Source: Bacteroidales bacterium
Lineage (GTDB): Bacteria; Bacteroidota; Bacteroidia; Bacteroidales; UBA3824
NCBI GenBank assembly: GCA_024401025.1
Contig: JAKSLV010000001.1
Location: forward strand, 6,643 to 70,642
Direction: 5' to 3'
DNA length: 64,000 nucleotides
The notes under the pieces were generated by a model, which saw nothing but the letters and a program-made list of their open reading frames with translations, had not been told where the DNA came from and searched no databases. Position numbers and translations under genes: made by a program. Below, piece after piece: positions 15,401 to 23,435 of the stretch (positions are counted from its first letter, which is position 1; every line of letters begins with the position of its first letter).

Positions 15401-18400
15401 CTATTCGCCTTGCAGCTCCTGGATGCTGTTGTGGATGTATGTCTCCAGCTTGCGGATGTTCATTGTAATGTTCGAGATGTCGTAGTTCTGGATGTTCGAC
15501 AGCAGCTCGTCGGCTATCTCGGTGCCCTTGTCGATATGGTAGTGCTGAGACTGCTCCTTGAACTTGTTGATGAACTCGGTGAGCGAGGCAAACGACATGT
15601 CGTTTTTCATATTGTTGAATTCAGGCACCACGGCATATTTAAGCACCGATATGTATTCGCGCATCGAGTCGGTGTTCTTTTTGCGTGATGTTTTCTCTCC
15701 GGTGTGGGCGTGGGCCGTAGAAGCCGGAGATTCCTTCTTGATGATTTCATGATCGGCGCGCGCTATGGGCAGGGCGAATGTAAACTCGCTGCCTTTTCCC
15801 ACCTCTGATTTCACCGACAGCGATCCCTTAAGGTTGTCGGCCATCTTTTTTGCAAGTATCAGACCCGATTTGCCGTTTCCTGTAAAGAGGTTGGCTGTCT
15901 GCATCTCGCTGAGGCCCACGCCGGTATCAGCCACCGTAAAGGCCAGGCTGCCCTTGCCGTTCTCTGGTTCGGTGCACGATATGCTTAGTTTTACGCCACC
16001 CTTCTCGGTATACTTGATGCCGTTTGATATTATGTTGAACAGTATCTGTCGCACCCTTACCTCGTCGAGCTGAAGCTGCTGAGGTATGTTGCCCTCGGTA
16101 TGGAACTCGTAGCTGAGTTTTTTCTCGTTGGCGCGGCTGCGGAATATCTCGAACACGTCGCTGGCCAGCGTTACGGGGTTCACAAGGCGTGTGCTCAGGG
16201 CTTTCTTGCCGGCCTCCACCTCGGTTAGTTTCAGCACGTCGGTGAATGTCTCGTTTACAAACAGGGCGGTGTTAAGCACCTCCTTAAGCTTGGCCGACTG
16301 CTCGTTGTCGGGCGAGCTGGCCACAAGCTGCTCGCAGTTTTTCAGGATATTTTCCAGAGGCTGCTTTATCTCGGTGGTCATGCCGAGGATAAACTCGCTC
16401 TTGGCCTTGCTGCCCGATTCGGCGGTGTTTTTGGCCGACTTCAGCTTGTTTTCCTGATTCTTCTGTCTGGATATGTCGCGCACTATCACCAGCACCTTGT
16501 CGTCGTCGGTGGCCACAAAGCGGGCCTCGTTGGTCTGCTTGCAGTCGGGAGTGTCTTCCTCCTGATACTCGGCAAACTGTTCCTCGCCGGTCTTGCGCAC
16601 GGTGTTGAACGCCACCAGGAATGGCAGCAGCACATCAGGGCGCAGCATCTGACGCATGTTCTTGCCTATGTAGGCGTTTTGCTCGCTTACGGGGAGGTGT
16701 GGGATGCGTGCGAATATGTAGTTGCCCTTGTTGTCGAGCAGGTATACCGATTCGGGGAGTATGTTGATGATGTTGTTGGATGCGGCGTTGTATATCAGCT
16801 CGTGCTCCGATGCCTTCTTGCGCTCGGTGATGTCTTCCACTATCATGATGCCGCCCTTCTCAACGTCGGTGCCCGAGTTGTAGAGATACGATTTTATCGA
16901 CAGCGACAGGTACACCTCGCCGTTTGGTGTGTTCACCTTGGCCTCCTTCTTGAACATCTTGGAGTTCTCGTCGGTGGTGTCGTTCTGTATGCTGTAGCCC
17001 TCCATGGCCTTCTGAGGTATTATCGAGAACACGTCCTGTCCGGCCACCTTCTTGTTCTTGAGGCCCATTATCTCGCTCAGGCGCTCGTTGATGGCGGTGA
17101 TGATGTACTTGTCGTTGAACTGGATGATACCCATAGGGGTTTTGCGGAACAGCAGTCGGTATTTCTCCTCGGAGTTGCGCAGCTCGTTCTCGGCTATCTT
17201 GCGCTCCTGGATTTCCTGCTCCATGCGCTGGTTGGTGAATGCCAGTGTGGTGTTGTTGCGCTCCTTTTCCTTGTATCTGCGGTAGTATACTATCACCACC
17301 ACTATCACCAGTATCACTATCACTATCAGCGATATGGTGTTGCGGGTGTAGGCTTTTTTCTCCAGCTTCAGCATGTCGTTCTCGGTGTTTTTCTGGATCA
17401 TCTCTATCTCCTTCTGCTTCTGCTGACTCTCCATGCTTATCTGGAACTCCGAAAACTGCTCCTGTTTCTTGAGCAGGTATATGCTGTCGCCGGTCTCGGC
17501 AAACTGCTCGCAGTATTTTAGCGCCAGCTCGTTGTTGCCCGAGTTCTTGTATATGTTGTATATGATGTAGCATGCCCTGTGCTTTATCATTATCTCCTCG
17601 GTGCCGTGCTGAACCTCCTCCAGCTGGGCCTCCTTAAGCACTGTGAGCGCGTTGTCGAGGGCCTGCTGATAGTCGGCGTTGCGGTATTGCATGCGCGCCA
17701 TCCTGTTGCGGCATACAAGGGCGTCGTGTATCAGGTTGCTCTCGTAGAATTTCTTTAGGGCGTTCTTGTAGTAGATTCCGGCCTTGCCCTTGTCGTTTAT
17801 GGAATAGTAGGTGTCGCCCAGAGCCAGATATGTGCGTGCTATGTTGCTCTGCGATCCGTTTATCACGTATTTCTCCAGTATGCTCTCCAGTATGTTGAGG
17901 GCGGTATCAGCCATATCCAGCTGTGTGTATGCCCTTGCCAGGCTGATGTTTATGTTTATGGATTTGTCCACAATGTCGAGCGAGTCGTATATGCGCTTGG
18001 CCTCCTTCATGTTGGGGATGGCCACGTCTTCGTTGGTCACTATCGACACCTGTCCCAATGTGGCGAGAGCATCAGCCATGGCCTCGTCGCAGTTGTATAC
18101 CTTGCATACGTCTATGGCCTTCATGCAGTATTCCTCGGCCAGCTCGAAAACCTCCTGGGCATAGTAGGTTTTGGCCACGCCCACAAGGCATTCGGCCACC
18201 ATGTCTTCCTGTTTGGTGGCGGAGAATATCTCGTAGGCCTTAAAGTACATCTCCATGGCCAGATAGTAGATCCGGGTATGGTAGTAGCAGTCGGCCAGCA
18301 TCCTGTACGATTGCGCCATCCTAAGCGAGTCGTTGGCCTGTTCCGCCATCATCTTGGCCTGTGCGGCATATTCCAGCGCTCCAAAGGGCTGGTTGCTGAT

Positions 18401-18553
18401 GCAGCTGCGGCTGTTCTCTATCAGCTGCTCGAATAGGCTGTCGCTGTTGGCGGTGTATTCTCCGTCATCTGGCCCGGTTTGTGCTGAGGCTGCGCCTGCT
18501 GTAAGTATCAGTATGGCTGCCGCGGCCAGTATATTGTATATCTTGCTTATCAT
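15401..18553 (-). CDS. Membrane sensor with signal peptide, periplasmic TPR domain, TM helix, coiled coil, PAS domains, a histidine-kinase-like core lacking the H-box His, and a C-terminal HPt-like segment
   Basis: Part of ORF 15401..18616, trimmed to ATG 18553 (MISKIYNILAAAAILILTAGAASAQ). TM helix ISLIVIVILVIVVVIVYY. PAS segment EEKYRLLFRKTPMGIIQFND. H-box position reads KSEFILGMTTEIKQPL. N-box ILFNIISNGIKYTEKGG. G1 box VADTGVGL. The C-terminus contains QHYHIDKGTEIADEL. Confidence 0.85.
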   Translation of the reverse strand: MISKIYNILAAAAILILTAGAASAQTGPDDGEYTANSDSLFEQLIENSRSCISNQPFGALEYAAQAKMMAEQANDSLRMAQSYRMLADCYYHTRIYYLAMEMYFKAYEIFSATKQEDMVAECLVGVAKTYYAQEVFELAEEYCMKAIDVCKVYNCDEAMADALATLGQVSIVTNEDVAIPNMKEAKRIYDSLDIVDKSININISLARAYTQLDMADTALNILESILEKYVINGSQSNIARTYLALGDTYYSINDKGKAGIYYKNALKKFYESNLIHDALVCRNRMARMQYRNADYQQALDNALTVLKEAQLEEVQHGTEEIMIKHRACYIIYNIYKNSGNNELALKYCEQFAETGDSIYLLKKQEQFSEFQISMESQQKQKEIEMIQKNTENDMLKLEKKAYTRNTISLIVIVILVIVVVIVYYRRYKEKERNNTTLAFTNQRMEQEIQERKIAENELRNSEEKYRLLFRKTPMGIIQFNDKYIITAINERLSEIMGLKNKKVAGQDVFSIIPQKAMEGYSIQNDTTDENSKMFKKEAKVNTPNGEVYLSLSIKSYLYNSGTDVEKGGIMIVEDITERKKASEHELIYNAASNNIINILPESVYLLDNKGNYIFARIPHLPVSEQNAYIGKNMRQMLRPDVLLPFLVAFNTVRKTGEEQFAEYQEEDTPDCKQTNEARFVATDDDKVLVIVRDISRQKNQENKLKSAKNTAESGSKAKSEFILGMTTEIKQPLENILKNCEQLVASSPDNEQSAKLKEVLNTALFVNETFTDVLKLTEVEAGKKALSTRLVNPVTLASDVFEIFRSRANEKKLSYEFHTEGNIPQQLQLDEVRVRQILFNIISNGIKYTEKGGVKLSISCTEPENGKGSLAFTVADTGVGLSEMQTANLFTGNGKSGLILAKKMADNLKGSLSVKSEVGKGSEFTFALPIARADHEIIKKESPASTAHAHTGEKTSRKKNTDSMREYISVLKYAVVPEFNNMKNDMSFASLTEFINKFKEQSQHYHIDKGTEIADELLSNIQNYDISNITMNIRKLETYIHNSIQELQGE

Positions 18554-18578
18554 CGTATTGTGATTTGTGTTTTTTCTC

Positions 18579-20603
18579 CTATTTCTGTATTTCGGCCTGG
18601 TGGTATGGTATCGCAAATCTGAAACACGATCCCTCGTTTATGTTGCTGCTGATGCTGATGCTTCCTTTCATGCACTTCACCAGCTCGTTTACTATCGACA
18701 GGCCCAGGCCCGTGCCTCCGTATTGTCGGCTGGCGCCCTCGTCCACCTGGCGGAACCTCTCGAATATCACGTTTAGCTTCTCCTTGGGGATTCCTATGCC
18801 GGTATCGCTTACGTAGAATGATATCTGTCCGCCATCCACGCTGGCGCCAACCTCTATGCTGCCGCTCTCGGTGAATGTTACCGCATTGGATATCAGTTTC
18901 TTGAAAGCCTGATGTATGTACATGCTGTCGGCGTATATCAGCGATGCGCGTCCGTCTATGGGGCTGCTGTGGATGGCCGCTATTGGCTTGCCACATTCAT
19001 CCAGCATTTCCTTCAGATACTGATACGCCTCCTCCACCATATTGTTGATGCTGCATATTTCATGCCTTAATTTTATCTGGCCGCTCTCTATCTGCGAAAG
19101 CTGCGTGATGTCGTCGATTATCTCCAGCAGTTTCTGGCAGTTGTTGGATATCGCGTCTACGTATTCATAGTGTTTGTCGGGGTTGATGCCGCTCTTTATC
19201 ATCTGCGACAGCCCGCTTATGATGTTGGCCGGGGTGCGTGTCTCGTGTGCTATGTTCGAGAGGAATATGGTCTTGAGGTTGTTGGCCTCCTCGGCCTGCT
19301 GTTTCTGCTGAAGTATCTCGGCCTGATAGTATTTTATGTCGGTGATGTCGTTGGAGATTATCTGCACCACCTTCTCGCCGAAAAAGTCGCGTATGGGCTG
19401 CATGGTGCAGTAATACCAGCGCTCCTTGCCGTTCTTGCATACCGATGTCCTGTAGGATACAGGTTTCTCGGTGGAGTATACCTGACGCACGTATTCCATG
19501 TTTATGAGCTTTATGGCCGGTATCACCTGAACGCTGTTGTCCATCAGGCTGGATTCGTCCTCCTCGAAAAGCTCCACCGCCGTGGTGTTCAGCATTATGA
19601 TGTTGCCGTCGGCATCCACCACTATTATTGGCTGGCAGATGCTGTTGAAGAGAGTCTTGTATCTGTTTTCGCTGTCGGCAAGCTCGCGGCGGGCCTTCAG
19701 CATGTGGTCGATGTCCTGCATCACTCCCAGGATGCCCACAAATTGGTTGCGGTCGTCCTTTATGAGGGTTTTGTTCACAATGAATTCCCTCACCTGTCCG
19801 TCGGCGCATTTTATGGGGCCCTGATACGTCTGTATTCCCTGATCCTTTATGAGTTCGGTGTCTTTCTCCTGATAGAATCCGGCGTATTCTCTCGGGAATA
19901 TCTCCTCTAGCTCCAGCGCGGTTTTGCCTATGATGGTTTCGGGCGATACACCTATGATGTTTTGTGCGTAGCTCTGGTTGCAAAGCACGTACCGACCCTC
20001 CATGTCCTTGTAGAATACGGGTGTTGGTATGGCGTTCACTATCATCTGCCTGAACTTGAGGTTCTGCATCAGATGGTTGTTGCGCTGGCGCGAGTATTTC
20101 TCGCTGGCCGATACAAAGTGTGCCACAAAGCTGTGGTGTTTTACGGCTGATACCGATAGCTGCAGTATGTCGTCGCCCTCGTGGATTTCGGCTGTGGCGG
20201 TGTCGAGGGTTTTGCAGGCCAGCGTAACGGTGCTGGTCCAGAGGGGCGATTTCAGCACGCCCATCTCCTTGAACCTTTTGCCTATTATGTCCTTGGAATC
20301 CAGACTGAGGTATTCGGCAAATTTGGTGTTGATGCTTGCTATCACGAAGTCCTGACAATCGCCGCCGTTGTCTATCACCTCTCCGGCAAAGGCTGGCACC
20401 TGCAGGGTACGAAGCATGGTGTCGAGCATGCACTCGGCATCCCTGAGGCTCTCCGTTAGGTCGGCGTTGTAGAGGTTGCCGGGGTTGCCCGGCTCGCCGA
20501 AGGTCATGTACCTGCGCAGCATCTGCTTCAGGGCCTTGTTTTCCTTTTGCAGGAGGTCCATGGTTTGTGCGTATTCCAGTATTTCGTCGTCGATTGTTGT
20601 CAT
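18579..20603 (-). CDS. Cytoplasmic multi-PAS sensor histidine kinase
   Basis: No TM helix or signal peptide. Canonical H-box FLSNIAHETRTPAN, N-box LISNAVTFTESG, G1 box SDTGIGI and G2 box GGTGLGLSIV. Confidence 0.9.
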   Translation of the reverse strand: MTTIDDEILEYAQTMDLLQKENKALKQMLRRYMTFGEPGNPGNLYNADLTESLRDAECMLDTMLRTLQVPAFAGEVIDNGGDCQDFVIASINTKFAEYLSLDSKDIIGKRFKEMGVLKSPLWTSTVTLACKTLDTATAEIHEGDDILQLSVSAVKHHSFVAHFVSASEKYSRQRNNHLMQNLKFRQMIVNAIPTPVFYKDMEGRYVLCNQSYAQNIIGVSPETIIGKTALELEEIFPREYAGFYQEKDTELIKDQGIQTYQGPIKCADGQVREFIVNKTLIKDDRNQFVGILGVMQDIDHMLKARRELADSENRYKTLFNSICQPIIVVDADGNIIMLNTTAVELFEEDESSLMDNSVQVIPAIKLINMEYVRQVYSTEKPVSYRTSVCKNGKERWYYCTMQPIRDFFGEKVVQIISNDITDIKYYQAEILQQKQQAEEANNLKTIFLSNIAHETRTPANIISGLSQMIKSGINPDKHYEYVDAISNNCQKLLEIIDDITQLSQIESGQIKLRHEICSINNMVEEAYQYLKEMLDECGKPIAAIHSSPIDGRASLIYADSMYIHQAFKKLISNAVTFTESGSIEVGASVDGGQISFYVSDTGIGIPKEKLNVIFERFRQVDEGASRQYGGTGLGLSIVNELVKCMKGSISISSNINEGSCFRFAIPYHQAEIQK

Positions 20604-20612
20604 AGCCCCGTA

Positions 20613-23324
20613 TTAGTTAAGTATGTTTTTCAGCAGCATTTTGGCCTGCTCATAGTATTGCGCCACGCTGGAGTTTCCGGCAAAGGGTTTCAGCGTGGAT
20701 ATGGTGTCTTCCAGATACTTCACGCAGTTGGAATACTCGTTGTCGTCTATTCCGCTGTTTTTCTCGTAGATGTAGTATTCCACGATGTTCAGCTTTATGA
20801 TGGCCGATGTAAGTATGGTTTCCATGTCGCTGTCGTTTCTGGTGTCGCTCTCTATAATGTGGCGGCCCTGCTCGTAGCATTTTTTGGCCTCCTCCATGTT
20901 CTGCATCGAGAAGTATGTGCGGCCCAGATTGTTTAGCGCGCCCACCATGGCGTGGGCAGGCATGTCGCCGCTCTGATACAGCTCCTTGCTCAGCTGCAGC
21001 GCCTTCTTGTAGTAGGCCTCGGCATCAGGGTAGTTGTCGATGTTGCAGCAGTAGTTGCCGGCCTGACAGTATGCGTCGGCGGCCTCGGCGTTGTGTATGC
21101 GGTTGTATTCCTGGGCGGCGTAGCTGTAGTTTTGGGCAGCCAGCAGCATCAGGTCACGGGCCTCCTTGTTGTTGCCCAGGTCGCCCAGTATCAGGGCCCT
21201 GTTGTGGCAGGCGTTGGCCCTTTCCACCACCAGCCACTCGTCTTCCCATGTGTCTATGGCGTTAAGATTCTCGGCCAGTTCGCTTATCACCACCAGGGCC
21301 TGGAACAGGCTGTTGTCTTCCCTGTAGGTCTGTGCCAGCTTCTGCATGGTGTTGGCGTACTGCGGCATGTGAGTGGTGGGGAAGTATCTGGCCAGCTGCT
21401 CGCGCAGGGTCTTGCACTGCTCGTAGCACTGCTCGGCCGGCTCCAGACTGCCCATCTTGTGGTATACGTCGCCAAGGTTGTCGTAGCTGTCGGCCAGCGC
21501 CGCCGATACCTCGCTGTTGCGTGTGGTTTCCTGACGTATCTCCAGCGCCTGGTTCATGTAGTAGAGTCCCAGGTCCATATCGCCGGTATCCACGTGGAAT
21601 AGTCCGTAGTTGTTCAGGATGTCGGCCCACAGTGGCTTGTAGGCGTCCGACCTCGATTGCAGGTATTTGCCCGTCATGTAGGCGGTCTCGAAAAACGGCT
21701 CGGCTATGTCGTAGCTTCCCATGCTGCGGTATTGCAGGCCTAGGTTGTTGCATATCTTGGCGTATTCCGATTTCTCGCTGTCGTTCATGGTGGTCTTCTG
21801 CCTGAAGATGGCCAGGGCCTCCTCCATGTATTTCAGCGAGCTGTCCTGCTTGCCGTATTTGCGGTATATGTTTCCGATGTTGGCCAGCGTGTTGGCGTAG
21901 TCGGTCATGTATCTTGGGTGACTCTGCTGCACCCTGCCCAGGTTTTTGGCCGCGGTCTTGTAGTTGGTGATGGCGTCGCTCAGGTTGCCCATCTGCTCAT
22001 ACATGGTGCCCATGTTGTTGAACACCAGGGCCATCTCGGCGTCGTATTGCATGTTGTGGGTCTGTATCAGCCTCTGATACGTGGTAAGCGATTCGCTGTA
22101 TTTGCGTCCGGCCTCCATGTACAGACCCATCTGTGTGTACAGGTTGCCGTATGTGCGCAGCAGGCCCGCCTTGCCCTGTATGGCCTTGGGCGATGCGGCG
22201 TATCTGCCCTGCGAGTATATGTTGTAGGCGTCCTCGCAGAGGGCCTCGGCGCGGCGGTAGTCTTTCAGGTCTATCTCTATGGCGGCCAGCGATGCCTCTA
22301 TCTCGGCCAGGTCGGCCACGTAGCTTCTGTTGCGCATCACTGTCTGTCCTATGGTCTGTAGGCTGGCGTGCAGTTTCTCGCGGGCCTCGTCCAGGCGTCC
22401 GGTGGCCTTCATCACCATGCCCCATTGCAGGTATACCGAGGCCTTGGCTATGTTGCGGTCCACCTCGTTGGGGTAGCGTCCGGCATATTCAAGGGCCTGC
22501 TGCAGGCATTGCGCGGCTTCCTGATGCTGCCCTCTCATGGTGTGTATGCTGCTCTGCTCGCAGAGTATCAGCAGAGGCTCGCGTATCAGGTCCTTGCTTT
22601 TCTTGTATTCGCCCATGGCCTGGGTGTAGTATATCATGGCCATGTCGGGCTCGTCTTTCAGCATGTATGCCTCGGCCTTGGCCATGTTTATGCTGGCCTC
22701 CATGTGGCGAGGCTTGGGCTTTATCCTCATGGCCTGCAGGTGGTTGGTGTGGGTGAGTGCCTTGTCGGGCTCGTTCAGCTCCAGCAATACCCACGACATC
22801 TGCATGCGGCCCTGATATTCCTCAGTTGGGCTTTTGGCGGCCTGAAGCGCGCGCTGTGTAAGGTCCTGAGCCTTGTGTATCAGCCCCGTGGTCTGGCAGT
22901 AGCGGGCGTATTCCAGCAGGTGGCCGAATGTGGCGCCCTCGTCGTACCTTAGGCTGTTGTGGTAGTATTCGTCGGCGTCGGCCAGCTGTAGCCCCAGCAC
23001 CGACAGGCGCGCCATCATTGCGTAGCGCTGGAATATGGGCATGCTGTCCTGGTCGGTCACCCAGTCGGAGGCTTTTGATACGCGGCCCTGCTCCAGGCTC
23101 CTCAGCAGCGGCTCCATCTCTTTGTGGGAGAGCGCCTTTTCCATTGCGTCGGCAAACGATTCGGCGCACAGCTTGGCTGCGTTTATCTCGGGGCGCAGGG
23201 CGTTGCCTGCCATGGCCGTGCTGTCTATGCATCTCTGCAGCATGGCCAGGGTGCGGCTCTGAGCCATCAGCCCGGTGCTTATCAGCAGCATCAGGGCTGT
23301 TAGTATCGTGTGGATGGGCCTCAT
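20613..23324 (-). CDS. Secreted 903-aa tetratricopeptide-repeat protein
   Basis: Signal peptide MRPIHTILTALMLLISTGLMAQ. TPR-like repeats run wall to wall (for example AEAYYKKALQLSKELYQSGD and EEAKKCYEQGRHIIE). It ends 9 nt before the next gene start. Confidence 0.85.
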   Translation of the reverse strand: MRPIHTILTALMLLISTGLMAQSRTLAMLQRCIDSTAMAGNALRPEINAAKLCAESFADAMEKALSHKEMEPLLRSLEQGRVSKASDWVTDQDSMPIFQRYAMMARLSVLGLQLADADEYYHNSLRYDEGATFGHLLEYARYCQTTGLIHKAQDLTQRALQAAKSPTEEYQGRMQMSWVLLELNEPDKALTHTNHLQAMRIKPKPRHMEASINMAKAEAYMLKDEPDMAMIYYTQAMGEYKKSKDLIREPLLILCEQSSIHTMRGQHQEAAQCLQQALEYAGRYPNEVDRNIAKASVYLQWGMVMKATGRLDEAREKLHASLQTIGQTVMRNRSYVADLAEIEASLAAIEIDLKDYRRAEALCEDAYNIYSQGRYAASPKAIQGKAGLLRTYGNLYTQMGLYMEAGRKYSESLTTYQRLIQTHNMQYDAEMALVFNNMGTMYEQMGNLSDAITNYKTAAKNLGRVQQSHPRYMTDYANTLANIGNIYRKYGKQDSSLKYMEEALAIFRQKTTMNDSEKSEYAKICNNLGLQYRSMGSYDIAEPFFETAYMTGKYLQSRSDAYKPLWADILNNYGLFHVDTGDMDLGLYYMNQALEIRQETTRNSEVSAALADSYDNLGDVYHKMGSLEPAEQCYEQCKTLREQLARYFPTTHMPQYANTMQKLAQTYREDNSLFQALVVISELAENLNAIDTWEDEWLVVERANACHNRALILGDLGNNKEARDLMLLAAQNYSYAAQEYNRIHNAEAADAYCQAGNYCCNIDNYPDAEAYYKKALQLSKELYQSGDMPAHAMVGALNNLGRTYFSMQNMEEAKKCYEQGRHIIESDTRNDSDMETILTSAIIKLNIVEYYIYEKNSGIDDNEYSNCVKYLEDTISTLKPFAGNSSVAQYYEQAKMLLKNILN

Positions 23325-23346
23325 CTGTTTGCTTTTTTATATTTTA

Positions 23347-23354
23347 CAAAGATA
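23347..23354 (-). promoter_or_regulatory. -7 box TAtcTTTG
   Basis: Reverse complement of caaagata, 23 nt upstream of ATG 23324. This is the likely promoter of the TPR/kinase operon. Confidence 0.45.
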
Positions 23355-23435
23355 GCAATTTTTATTTTATATCGCCTTTTTTTTGTCTGTTTTTTTTGTA
23401 TCCTGATGCTGGGGAAAATATCCCGGCTGCATCGG

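Noticed and set aside
18554-18616. N-terminal extension MRYHTTRPKYRNRRKNTNHNT of the 1071-aa ORF
   Set aside because: It overlaps the end of the upstream kinase gene and precedes a complete signal peptide that starts at ATG 18553. It is most likely untranslated.
19165-20433. 422-aa Arg/His/Gly/Pro-rich ORF on the same strand as the PAS kinase. The ORFs at 25433..26293 and 30992..31768 are similar.
   Set aside because: These are alternative frames of real genes. Their extreme Arg/His/Pro/Gly composition and lack of any domain pattern indicate frame artefacts.
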